Position numbers and translations under genes: made by a program. From Zygnema circumcarinatum SAG 698-1b (Eukaryota; Plantae; Zygnematophyceae), in contig CM074811.1 in assembly GCA_037447605.1 (NCBI GenBank), forward strand, positions 558,001 through 622,000: DNA of 64,000 nt, given 5' to 3'. How positions within the stretch are numbered: the stretch's first letter is position 1; every line of letters starts with the position of its first letter. The notes beneath the pieces are model-generated. The model was not told the DNA's origin. It saw only the letters and a list, made by a program, of their open reading frames with translations, and made no database searches. Positions 29,001 to 41,029 of the stretch are shown one piece after another.

Positions 29001-31328
29001 TTGTTGCTATTTTTGACCGAACTAGATGAGACTATGGGGGGATGGAACACATCTGTGGCAGTTTTAGTTTACTAAACTAATGGAACATGTAACTGCAGGT
29101 TCTATATTGGGTGATTGCTGCCATTAAATCCGGAGATGGGGTATTTGAAGTAGAGCTTTTAGTAGGCCTGCTTCCGGCCCTTCTCGCTCTGCAAGAAACC
29201 CATGATGAGGATTTAGCCCTTCTGGCAAAGCAAGCTCTCGCATATTCTAAGTATCAAACTATACCGGCTCAATATCTTCCCACGGCTGTTTCAGCTTTAT
29301 CGAATGCAGCTTTATCGAGTAATTGGCATACAAGGGCTGCAGCGTTATCCTTTTTGCAGTCGTTTCTTTTCCGGTATGTTGAAAATGCTATCCTAGAAAC
29401 TGCCTGAACTTCACTAAGGAAAGAAGGGGGAACGGTTGATGTAATAATTATGGACCTCAATATTATCGAATTATTATTGAATTTGGGAGGGGGGAGGGCA
29501 GAAATGTGTTTCTGATCTCGCCCGAGCAACTGGACGAACTCCAAAAGGCGGTCCTTCGGCTTCTCAAAGACACACAATTAGAGGTGTGGAAGAAGCCAAA
29601 ACTACCAACATTTCTCACTGTAAAAACCCCTTCAAACCCATCAAACCTCTACAACCCTGAACTGCCTGAAAGCCTTAAGTTGTTATTTTTTCGTTCTTTA
29701 AATCGTCCTTTGGCAGGTTCGAGAGTTGGCATCGGCTACTCTTTCAGGAATGCTGAAAGGAGCACATCGGGATATGAGCGAGTCTTTAAGGAATCGCTGC
29801 GTGGAGGGAGCGAGAGCAGTTCTCAGAACAGCGAAGGGGGGAGGAAGGTCAAAGCAGTTCAAGCAGTAAGGCCATTTTTCAAAACCTTTATATGTATATG
29901 TATGCATAGGACGCTAAAGCGGATGATGATGATGGTATTTCTCACGCTAGGCGGGCGATAGTGGGTTGAATGCAAGTAGCGAGCGAGAGAGAGTGAGGGA
30001 GAGAGAGATATGAGATGAGTTGCATAGTGGTTTTAGTTTTTGAAGAGAGGAAGAAGTCAATAAGTAGGGGGTGCCATGTGTTGATTAATTACGCAAAGGA
30101 AAATTCAAGAAAAGTTTTTCTTCAGTGGTCTTCCCTGTGTAGTGGGAGGAAGTCGAGTGGTCCTTTGTTAGAGGATGCTTCACTGAATCCAAGTCCACAC
30201 ATTGCAAGTGAGTAAAACAGGATGGAGGAGAAGCTCCCCAATAAAATTAAACCTTTGCTTGCTCCATGCTTGGGTCGTTTCCTTAAAAACTTGTTCCATA
30301 AAACGTGTTCTACATGTGTGTCTCTCTCTCTCGCTCTTTTTCTCTCTCCCTCTCTCCTCTCCCTCTCCACTTGTTTTTAGGCAAATGGAGGCGAATGGAG
30401 TCGAGGTGGCCGCCGCCCGTCACGGAGCCGTACTGGGCCTCGCCTCGTGCATAGCCTCCGCACCGTACGATGTTCCGGAGTAAGTGGGAGAGACACACAC
30501 AGAACCGGGCTGTGTTGGTGGAGATGTGGGAGATAAGGAGTCCCTGCTTTGTCCACATACACCCTCTTATGGTTCCCCCCCCCCACTCACTCTCTCCCTT
30601 TCTCGCCCTATCTCTCTGTGTCTTCACCCCTCCTCCCTCCCTCCCTTTCTCCCTCCCTCTTGTCCCTCCCCCCTCCACTCTCCCTCTCCCTTCCCCCTAC
30701 CCCTCCCCCTCCCTCTCCCCCTCCCCATCCNNNNNNNNNNCCCCCCCTCTCTCTCTCCCTTCCCCCCTCCTTTCCCTCTCCCTCTCCTTTCCCTCTCTGG
30801 AAGCGCAGGTGGCTGCCCGATATCCTTATGTTGGCTGCGAGATTTGTGAACGAGCCTCCACCGATTCGGTCCACGGTCACAAAAACGTTCGGAGAGTTCC
30901 GCAGAACTCACGCCGACACGTGGGCCCTTCAGCAGCTGCGCTTCACTGAGGAGCAGCTCGAGGTGCTGCACTGCTTTCCTTTTTCCAAGAGCAAAAATTA
31001 CTCGAAATAAAAAAATATATACATTCATGCACACATCCATCTCATCGCTTCAGTGAGGGAAATGCATAGCATTAGGGGGTTTGGGTTTCGCATTCCTTGC
31101 TTGGGGCATCTAAAAAGATTAATGGGAGCATGGCAGTGTTCAGTAGTGAGGAAGGAGATTTATTTTCTCTCCTCTCCTCTCCTCTCGTCTCTCCCACTCC
31201 CCGTCTTTTCCGCTCTCTCGCTGTGTTTGGCCTTTGTAGAGAGGGCCGAAATCAGTGCTGACTTGAAATTTCTGCTGCCTGTGCAGGTCTTGTCGGAGCT
31301 GACCCTGTCTCCATCCTACTTCATTTAG
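16761..31328 (+). CDS. PA200: Proteasome activator PA200/PSME4/Blm10, ~1866 aa, 32 exons
   Basis: Exons 16761-16921, 17412-17514, 18103-18215, 18477-18599, 18743-18865, 19020-19490, 19655-19874, 20319-20450, 20699-20839, 20971-21110, 21385-21475, 21660-21881, 22146-22295, 22571-22647, 23062-23276, 23435-23642, 23969-24048, 24361-24478, 24888-25061, 25474-25642, 25894-25937, 26230-26272, 26650-26789, 26897-26997, 27254-28221, 28489-28761, 29099-29373, 29502-29583, 29717-29865, 30381-30479, 30809-30962, 31287-31328; all phase-consistent. Plant PA200 hallmarks MHVYVEWLPP, LEQYYHPSNGGSWT..LERFL, LPGIDANDPPKT, NWHTRAAAL, HGAVLGL..PYDVP.WLP, FRRTHADTW, C-terminal SPSYFI. Confidence 0.96.
16965..17165. 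repeat. ~40-44-bp minisatellite (GGGACGATATAGAAAGGAGGGAGAGGAGAAAGGAGGGAGGGAG), 4 copies, in PA200 intron 1
   Basis: Repeated GACGAT(G/A)(T/A)AGAAAGGAGGGAGAGGAGAAAGG blocks. Confidence 0.85.
22839..23023. mobile_element. Tourist/PIF-Harbinger-like MITE in PA200 intron 14
   Basis: TTA on both flanks (22836-22838, 23024-23026). Imperfect TIRs GGGCATATCAGACTT / AAGTCTGACATCTC. Internal blocks shared with the 32350-32502 copy. Confidence 0.65.
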
Positions 31329-32349
31329 GGAGGGCAATGTGTAGTGGCAACGTGAGTAGGGAAGGACAGGGAGAGAGGGAGTGTGGACATGCAAAGAGAG
31401 GCTTCAGCGTTCGTTCGAGGTGGGAAAGAAACAAGAGAGGCGAAGGGAGGAGAGTAAGGAGAAGAGGGAGACAGGGTGAGGGGAGATGAGGCGAGAGGAG
31501 AGGAAAGGAAAGGAAAGGTAGAAGCGAGTATCTGTCCGTTTTCTATTCGGTTAATGTCATGTACAGTACACATGTGAGGGTTGTAATCTCGTCTGTCTTG
31601 CTCTAGTTCTGTTGCAGATGACAGTTGTATGTCAATAGGTTACTGGGCGTATGCACAATTAGGCAGCAAGAGAAGAATGATTTTTTGGAACATGTTTATG
31701 TTTCCTTTCTGTGTTGTAAAATTGCTCTCTTCTTTGAAATTTGTTGTTGTCAAAAAAAAGTCTTCTTGGCTGGTTTTTTCGTTGTTGTTGCCAGAATTAT
31801 GCATGTCACGCACACTCACATGCGGTCAACTTCACTTCAGGTTTGGGGGTCTGATATATTTTTTTGGAATTTTTTTGTGAGTTTCTTTAGCAAACCTATA
31901 ATTTTAAGTTTGGGAAAAAAGGACGAAATTATTTTTGCTCCTCCGCGTTATATCCGCATCGTTTCTTGTGATGCTGTACCGTAAAATCGAGAAATCGAAC
32001 CGTTTTTTACTTAATTTCTCAATGTTTTAACCTACGGTATTCAATAGGGTTTAACGTTGAACACTCAAGGTCTTTTTTTTTTTTTTTTGATTTAAGAAAT
32101 TGAACAACATGAAAAAGAGTTCAAATTCTCAATCTGTCTGGTCACAATGAGGATTCCAGTGGCAATCGGAGGGATCCTGCTCAACCCCGGCCCGATATTT
32201 CTCTTTGTTGTAGTGATTCAGACACGCCTATGGTTGTGCCTTATGCAGGGCAATTTTGGGATGGCAAAATTCTGTACAAGGGACTTTTAGAGTTTTAAAT
32301 ATTAGAATTAGAAAAGGAGATGTGGCATTGATCTGAAAACGTTCTGATA

Positions 32350-32502
32350 GGGGTTGTCAGACTTAGCAAAAAGTTCTGAAAGCATTACGAAAAAGAAAGT
32401 TACGAAAGTACTCCGCTGCAGGCGGATCGCTATCACCGGGGTACTCGTTTTGGTGACAAACTGACGAACGGACTACTGACGATTTTTAAGTCTGACAACC
32501 CC
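32350..32502. mobile_element. Tourist/PIF-Harbinger-like MITE, same family as 22839-23023, opposite orientation
   Basis: Perfect TIR GGGGTTGTCAGACTTA / TAAGTCTGACAACCCC; flanks ATA and TTA. In reverse complement it shares TCAGACTTAAAAAT, AAACGAGTAC, ATCCGCCTGCA and GAGTACT with the intron-14 copy. Confidence 0.75.
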
Positions 32503-32542
32503 TTATTTCTAAACGTTTCAGAGTTAGGGTGCGTATTCATGG

Positions 32543-32720
32543 TCCAACTTCATTCATTCATTTATTTGAACGAATGCTGATGAGGTCCTTTGCGACCAGT
32601 TAGTTCCTCGTGGTTCCCCATGATGCTGATTTTGTCTATGTACATTTGATGGCATCATCGCCATCGTGAGATCAATGGCCCATCCTTTGCTTTTCATTCA
32701 ACTAAATGAATGAAGTTGGA
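32543..32720. mobile_element. Small inverted-repeat-bounded element whose interior matches intron 6 of the Venus-flytrap gene
   Basis: TCCAACTTCATTCATTCATTTATTTGAA ... TTCAACTAAATGAATGAAGTTGGA; interior 32583-32677 resembles 44070-44154. Confidence 0.55.
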
Positions 32721-33181
32721 ATCTTAGAGCTATCTATGGAGCTAGGGAGGGAGAGAAAGAGGGGGGTCCGAGAGAAAGAGGAAGGGTTTGGCCCGCCTTA
32801 TTCAGATCTGAAACAGAGTTGGTCATCCACCAAATCTATCCTCCTAGCCAGACTCTTTTGCCAGCCACAATGAACAAATAAATGGTTTCTAAATTGGAAC
32901 CCTCAACGCTGCAGCCCTAGCCTCTAGAACACTAACCCTAAATTCTATACCCTAATGCCCTCCTTTCCCTCTCCTCTCCCTGCTCGAAGAGAGGAAACAC
33001 TCTCTAATCTGACCTTTCTAACTACACTACTCCCTCCCCTCGAGGATAGAATTTAAGATCGGCAATGTAAGTCGACAAAGACAAATGTTGAAAGGCAAAG
33101 GTGGGGGACTCTCCCTGAAACATAGTGCCGAGGTTCCCCAAAAAAAGAGTAAGAAATTTAACCTCACCTCTTTACACTCTG

Positions 33182-36100
33182 CTATAACTGCTCAAGCTCA
33201 TACGCCACATCGTCCGCAGCCCTAGCGATCCTCTTATCTCGGTGCTCCCTCAAGCCGATAACAATGTCTCCCACACTCTCAAAGTCTCTCAACAGCCCCT
33301 CTACATCGTGCAGCTCATGCTGCTGTTGGAGCTTGAAGGAGGCTCCCAGAACCTTCAGCAGCTGCAGCTGCAGCTTAGTCACAAGGTCCGGACTATGGCT
33401 ATGGGTCGGATTCGCCAGGAGGTCCGCAAAGAGGATGGCGTTCCTTAGTAGGTGGTCCGCTGCTCTTATTAAATGAGCTCGGGAGGAGAGAGACATGACT
33501 AAGCAGAGACATTCGCCTGCAGATTCCGCAACGTCTGCATCTTCACTGCCGGTGAGCTCTAAGAACAAATCAGCGTGGTTCGCAAAGTCGCCTATATCTT
33601 GTATGCAGTTCTCTGCAGCACCCTTCTTCTTCTGATCTCCTCTCAGTCGTGACCCACCTCCTCCCCCCGAGCTGGAATCTCTCCTCCTGCTACCCTCCCC
33701 CCTCTGACTGCTCTCCGTTCTCCCGCTTCTCTCCCTGGCAGTCTCTTCACCGCCGCTCGGAGCTGTGCTCCCTTGACGATCCCTCTCTAGAAAGAGTTGG
33801 CAGAGAGCAAGTATGGGTTGAATGAAGTCATCCATGTCCTCCTCACATACGCAGTCGAGAAGGTTTCCTAGTTTGTCTACCACCTTCAGTTCTGAAAGCG
33901 CTCTCGTTTCTACCTCTGGAGATGAAGCGAGAGCTAAGCACAACCTCAAACTGTGAGCGCTGAAACCCGCAGAGTCGGAACACAGTAGTGAGAACAGCTG
34001 TGGAGTGAGCTGCAAGCTATCGATATCTCCCTCATGAATCCATTGATGATCCAAAAGGGCAACAAGAAGCTTCTGGGCATAGAGAGGGATAGGGTCTTCA
34101 TCCTCCATAATGGCAGGGTATAACGACAGTACTTGCCTCTTGACAAAGTCTTCTAACTGTACTCTCATCTCATCAAACGAGCCTTCTCCTTCTCCTTGAG
34201 GGCGTCCTGCTCCTACCGCTCCGCTCCCTTCTCCCTGATTACCTTCATTTCCTGATGCCTTCTCTTCCATCACCTCCTTTACATTCGACCCTGCAGACTT
34301 CCCTTCAGGGCCTTCGTCACCAGCTGCAGCAGCTTCTTCTCCTGGTTGCTTTGCCGATTCTTCCAAGTAGACTCCTAAGATATCGCAGAAAATTTTGAGG
34401 CAGAGAAATCGAAGGTCTCCTCCCGATGGGGCCCTCGCATGAAGGGCGATGAGATTCCGAATGAGGTGAGTTTGAATGCTGTGTCTATTCAGCAGTAAGA
34501 GGCGAGGTTGCTGAGAAAGGACCTCCAAGACATGCATCACGGATTGAAGAAATTCCTCCTGCCCCTGCGATCAGGCAGAGGAAAAGTTAAAGGAAAGCAT
34601 GCGTGCACCCTTCGACATAATTAAACACAACACATATCATAGCATAAACATCAATTGAGCAAACCATAAAAGCTACCCATAGCTTTTTAAAGATAGCAGT
34701 AGCTTCAATTTCATATCCGAACGTTTCAGTAACGTCACTTTCAATTTTCAACTTCGACAATTGAATTACCTCCATTCCCCAATCACCACATTGAGCTTAA
34801 GCAAATAATAGACATACCTGAAACGGAGCCATGCGTCCCAAGAAGCTTGCCAGGTGTCTCACTACCTCCTCATCCACCACTCTCCCCCTGCATGTTCCGC
34901 TTGTGATTAAATGGAGCAGAACGGGGAACAATGCCAATGAGCTTTTCAGCTGCTGCTGAGCTCCTAAAGCAGCACCCACTCCCACAGTTCCCTTCCTTCC
35001 CAGAGTTCCCCCAGAAGCTGCTTTCCCAACTCTTTCCATGTCAGCAACTATTCGAGCCAAGATGGGATGAACAGAATCCACCATAGTTTGAATGAGGAAG
35101 TCGACACAACCCCGGACGTACTCATCCTTCTCGCGATTTAATCTCTCCAGAGCTGGAATGAGTCTACTATTACAGCAGGCAAGCAGAAACTTATAGTCCG
35201 TTCTACATAATAAAGCAGCACATAGAGCAGCTTTCCCTCGGATAACCTCCGATGCGTTGTCCAAAAGGGACACAACAGTGGGTATGAACACCTTATCCTC
35301 TATTAACTGGGAAAGGTTTTTCCCAACTGCAGATGACCCCCCTCCGGCAGATAGACCCAAGTTGATGATATTGATATGAATCTGCTGCTCTCGAACTGTG
35401 CCTTTTGCTAACCCTCCTAGAAGCTCCTTCACTCCCAGCTTTTCAATACCTGTTTGATTCCAAGACGACCCAAATCTAAGGATTCGAACGAGACTGTTTC
35501 CAGCAGTCAACTTCAAGTGTTCTTGCTTTGAATTTGCATGACGGTAGATCTGGCAGAGGTTGGTTATAACTTCCGCGCTTGCAAAACGAGCAGCCCATTC
35601 TCCACCTTCACTGGACACATTCTCAATGGTTTTCACAGCGTAATGCTGAGTTACCTCGTCTTCCCCTTTCTTTAACATCTCTGTGACTAACGAGATAGTC
35701 GTAGCAGGCACCTGTAGGAGCCCAAAAATCGACCAGGAGCATTAAACATGGAAGCGAGCAAAGGATAGAAAAAAAAGAGGGAAGGAAGATAGAGCAAATA
35801 ACCACAAAATGGAAAAAGGAAAGAAGAATTTCAGTAAAATGGGAACTGCTTTTGTACGAGGTAAGCTACTGTGAGAGATAGAGAGTACCCACCTGCCAGG
35901 TTGCTTGCGAAGCTGCCTCTCTTGTCCCTCCAAAGTCAGGAGTTCCTGCTTTGTTCTGTGTGGCAATGTAGAATATGAGCTCGCCCAAAGATGCCATTGC
36001 TCTCCTTCTCAGAACTCTATCCCGAAGACATTCTGACAGTACATTCACAATCCCTGAAGCTGCAAGCTCTTCCTGAATGACAGTTGCATGGCGAATCAGA

Positions 36101-39100
36101 ACACCCATGACAACAATTAGCTGCACCCTAAGAGTGGGGAGTTTTGAAGTCCGAAGCAGCTTCACTAAGAAGTGCATCAAAGAGCTGTTGATCAAAAGGT
36201 TTGCGACGTTCCGATTAGAACAGACAGTCTCGAGATACCGTAAAATGTTAACTTTCTCCGTCTGAGCTACACTATTGCTTGGAGAGAGTTGCTTCATGAT
36301 GCTGGCGATGAAATCCTCCACCTGCTCCCTGCTTGCAGCTACTAAGGCTTCTGCTGTGAATGGAGGAACAGCCAATTGCCGAGGATCATAACTCGGCTCT
36401 GCAAGCTTCTCAATGCGACGATTAAGCATGATTGGTTGCTTAACTGTCAATTCGGAATCATGCCATAAGAGCTTAGCCAGTGAAAGACCTGCTTCCTTAA
36501 CTGCACCACCCGCTTTATCTGCCGTTAAAGGAGATGTCTGCTGCTCCCTCTCCTGCCTTCGTAGTTGATGTATAGGTGGGGTTGAAGGGACCCCTTGGTG
36601 CTGAACTTGCGGCTTCTGCATCTTCTTGGCAATTGGAGTTCCTACTGCTGCCTGAACCCTTCCTGTCAAGCCACTCCCTCCAGAGGGAAGGCCCTTAACC
36701 CCAGCAACAAGATTCTCTCTCCCCTTTTCTGCTGCAACATTCGGCCCCACATCTCCCGCATCACTGGATGTAGAACTCCGAGAATGATGGGAATGTGAAT
36801 GGCTGCTGCTTGCTTCCTGAGCTGCAGTGAATGGGCTCGCCTGTGTTTCAGCTGCAGGTCCTCCCCCCCCCGATTCCCTCTCCTCTTCTGCATCGTTTCC
36901 ACCCTCTGCTTCAATTGGCCTTTCTGCAAAGTCAAGCTCCAAGTCATGGTTCTCCAAAGTAATGTCCTCTTCAGAGTTTCCGAGAGTCACTCCCTGACTT
37001 TGATATGTACTGTCTTCCGTATCTCTCTGAAGATTGGTCCGCACAATTCGGGATAACCTCAACACATTAGTATCCGGATTCGTGTTTTGTGAGAGTTCCC
37101 TCAGTGGGCGAACCTTTACTTGTCCTTGCCGTTCACTTGCAGCAGCACCCCCATGGCTATCATCTCCCGTGCCTGCATTTCTATCCACAGTTCTTACATC
37201 TCCAAGAGCTACTCTTGTTCCCGAATCTGCCCCAACTCCGCCCCCTTCTCTATGAGGCGGAGGGGGAGCCCTAATCAGACTCGGAGGGCGCTGCTTTAAG
37301 AAGTTTTCTAGAACAGGTTGGTGTGGTAAAGGAAGGGGTTTAAACGATACTCTCCAAAAGGGATGAGCCCGGAGTTCTTCCCATTGAATACGATGGACTG
37401 GGTTTTTTTGAAGAAGCCTAAAGACCAAATCCTGGAATTCGGGAGATGGGTCCCCTGGTAATGGGGCTGGGGGGTCCGAAAGAATTGAACTTACTAATTG
37501 TGCAAAGCTGTTCGAGACAAATGGGGGTCTCCCAGCATAGCACTCATATACAACGCAGCCAAGGGCCCATAAATCGGATTCAAAAGAGTGGACTCCCCCT
37601 TCTTCCAAAAGCTCGGGAGCCATATAGGCAGGTGTTCCTCGCTTAGCCTGTGGCAACTGAGAATGGAATGACATATAAGAATGTTAGTAGGTGAAACACA
37701 TGCTTCATATTGCTCAGTGAAAGAGCAGAATTCGAAATGATATTCAAATACATCAGGAGTTTCAAGTTCGCAAGGAGGGGAACTGGGAAAGGTGTAAACA
37801 ATCTCGGAGTGACAAGGCGAGTGTTTCTTCAACAAAAGACTCCATCATTAATATGTTTCCTTAAACATAAACGAAATTTTCTTAGAGTTAAACCAGAAGA
37901 GTCTGTGAAGGTCCAGAAAAAGAGAGCCAACACTAGCTTTGCTACAGGCAAGGAGATAAAACTCCACAATTGTCAATGGGATACTGTTTCAAATTTGATT
38001 GATTATAAGGTGAATTAGGCCTCCAGCAGAAAGTCACATCGTGCTCGGGAGGTGAACCAAAATTTTCTATGTTAGAGAAACCCAAAGCTGAATAAGGTTT
38101 GGGGTGAGAAACTGCTCGGCTTCACAGTGAGAATGAAGATCACCTGTTGTGCAGAAGTTTTGCCAATTTCACTGAGACGTAAGGCAAGTCCGAAGTCGCA
38201 GAGCTGTATGGCAACCACCCGTATGAAGAGCTCAGTACATACATAAAAAGACACTATTGAACATTCCAAACTCTTAAACAATCCAACATCATTCCTAGAC
38301 TGAAAGTTGAGCTCTGGCTAAAGAGCGACTAGCTACCTTGAGCCGCCCATTCTCGTCCAAGAGAATGTTGGAGGGCTTCAAATCGCAATAGACGACTGAA
38401 TTTGAATGGAGATACCTGCAATGAAAGGGAAAATAAGCCCAATCTCGATTGAGAATACTAAACTAGAGGCGCACCGCAGGAAGGAGTTAGTGAGATTGCC
38501 ATCACATCAAAGAAGGACCCTTGAAGAAAGAAGGTTATGATTGGGTGATACTTACTGCAATGCCTTGACTAAATCCCTCGCAAAATCATGGATAGACTCC
38601 TCCGGCAGTCGATTGTCCTGCATGATTGATAGGTTCAGTTTGTGCTTTAGTCAGTGAGGGACCCTTTCAAGATGCTCGTCAACCTCAAATGCTAGATCAG
38701 GAGATAGTCTTGAAGTTACAGGAGCAACCCAGAGAGGACTATGTGGAAAAACGAGCAAGAGAGGGAACTGAGTCAGATTTTCTATCTACCGAACATTTTC
38801 AAACATGAAGCATTTACCTGCCGAAGGAGAGTAAGGAGGTCCCCGCCAACACAGTATTCCAGAATCAGCCAGAGATGATTTGTGGTTTCATACCTGGCCA
38901 AGGAAGGCAGAGCAAAAGTGCAGAGATTAGCAGCAAATATGGCAAAGTCGTTTCATTTTAGATTTTTCACCTCTTGACTCTTGACATAGTTACTTGTGCA
39001 TATTAACAACCGGGGGCTTACCAGGCATAGAACTTGAGGACATTGTCGTGATTCAAAGAATGGAGCGTCCGCACCTGTCCAACGTATTGAGAAAGGAACG

Positions 39101-39992
39101 GAAAAGGATCACGTTTGTGATTAAGGAGAGGCTAGAACTGAGCCAAAACTAGCTTCCAAGAGATTTCATTCTTTTCTAGACACGATATCCTGTCAATGCC
39201 CTGTTGAATGCCTGATTCAATCAAATAAATTGTAAGAAGAAAAAAGAGAAGAGACTGATAATTCCAAATACCCACCTCTTGAAGTACTCGGGGCTTCTGG
39301 GACTTCTCAACGCTCTTGATTGCATAGTACTGAATAGTTTTCTTCTTCCGACCTTTATAAACTGTCTGCAAATGAAACAATTTCACTGAATATCATCCAC
39401 ACTATCTACTCTCTGCACAATCTCTTTGGCATATACACGTTTGTATGCAAAAGGTTTCAGTGTTTGCTTTCTCCTCGTCCGCGAGAGCATGCGGCTGTCG
39501 TCTGGGCCGGTTTTTTCTACGTATTGATGTAACACTTATAGCGTGCACTAGTTCGAAGACCCAAAAACAAAAGCATATAGTATTTGAGATAAATTTCATT
39601 CCCTGTCCTAGTTGCACTACCTGAAGCACATAATCTCCTATATTTAGAACACGTCGCTACACTGTGCACATTGTTTGGATGCGCATATTCGTATTGGCTT
39701 GCAGGATGGTCCCACCAACAATACAAGAGTGAGATTTTTGAAGCTCTGCTTCTTTTGCTTCTTGAGTTGAGAGAGAGAGGGAGAGGGAGAGAGAAAGAGA
39801 CTGCATCCCTACCTCGCACTTGAGGAACATTCCTATCAGCCTACTTTAAGATACTCATTTCACCGACAAAAATATGAAAGCATGACAGATGTGGATGAAT
39901 GACTGAAGCCTTCCTTTTCGGCTTCTCAGGGGCAGGCAACGTACCGAATGTTTCCCTTCTCCTATTTTTCCGCAGAAATGATAGCTGTTCAT
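33182..39992 (-). CDS. RUK: RUNKEL (ULK4-type pseudokinase with ARM/HEAT repeats; phragmoplast microtubule-associated), ~1502 aa, 10 exons
   Basis: Exons 39945-39992, 39276-39365, 39022-39074, 38818-38893, 38556-38617, 38337-38415, 38144-38203, 35893-37656, 34818-35711, 33182-34564; phase-consistent. Motifs MNSYH..IGEGKHSTVYKGRKKKTIQYYAIKS, HLWLILEYCVGGDL, YCDLKPSNILLD (HRD replaced by YCD), LCDFGL, KRGTPAYMAPEL, GEDEVTQHYAVKTIEN, EDEDPIPLYAQKLL. Confidence 0.95.
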
Positions 39993-40122
39993 GTTATCAA
40001 CATAGAGGAATCACCAACTCGCGCGATCCACTGAACGCTGAACCTTCTTTTTTCTGGGAATGAAATGAAAAACACAAAACGAGAGTTCGAAATTCACTCC
40101 TTTCTTCACTCCCTTCCCGCCT

Positions 40123-41029
40123 TCAAACGGCCCCTGCTTCAGCGGCCCTGCAGCTGATCCTGAAGCGCAGTGAGAGCATCAGCGTCCCCTCCCTCTCTTC
40201 CTCCTCCTCCCACCAAACGGACGCAACTCATTCCTCTCCTCCTTGAATAAAAAAAATAGAAGACTCCTTCCTCCTCAAGACTGAGCTTTAGAGTACAGCC
40301 GAACAACAATTAACCGAAAAAAACTGCAAAAAATGGAAAAACCGCTGCCTAAATACCTATCAAACCCTACCAAACAATGCTGTCGAAGCACTGTTTCACT
40401 CACATACTATATCTACAAGACTCCGCAATCAATCGCTTCTCTCATACGCCACTGAATGCTTTCAATGTCTGCCTCCCTTCCCTTCCCTTTTCTTTGCCCA
40501 CTATTCTCTCTCTCTCACACTCTCTCCTCTCTTTCTCCTCTCTCCCTCTCTCTCCCTCTCCCTTCTCCCTTGTTCCCCTCTCTCTCTCTCTCTCGCCCTC
40601 TCTCTCTCCCTTCTTGGCACGCTGCAGATTCAAAAGCCGGAGCTCTGCAGCCTCGCCCTGAATCGCCTCCAAAAGTAGCCGTTAGGTTCAGGAATCTAAA
40701 CCCATTCTATGCACGCAGTACCGTCCCAGTGAACCGGATGTCCAGTTCCCTGTCCAACTTTTACAAATTTATCAACAGCGAACGACCCTCTGAACTTCTC
40801 CGTTTTGACTTTCATGAACGGTCAGCAGTCAAGAAAGGTCAAACTCGGACAAGATTCGAGGTACAACACTCGTACTTGGAATAATCTAGTCTGACGTGGC
40901 GGAAAAATATTGGATGTGGTCCGTTCAAATAATTTTATTCTGCTGCCCTAAGGAAGAAAACATTTCGGCCTGACCGGTGCCTCCAACGGCTCTCAGTGAA
41001 ACTGTGACAGGGATACGCCAACAACCGTT
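40123..41029. promoter_or_regulatory. Cluster of MSA-like (MYB3R, YCYAACGGYY) elements upstream of RUK
   Basis: Full matches CCTAACGGCT (40677-40686, - strand) and TCCAACGGCT (40982-40991). AACGG/CCGTT cores at 40126, 40216, 40679, 40800, 40817, 40921, 40985 and 41025. Confidence 0.55.

Noticed and set aside
38337-38415. YCD replacing HRD in the RUK kinase domain as a novel inactivation
   Set aside because: This is the known state of RUNKEL/ULK4-type kinases.
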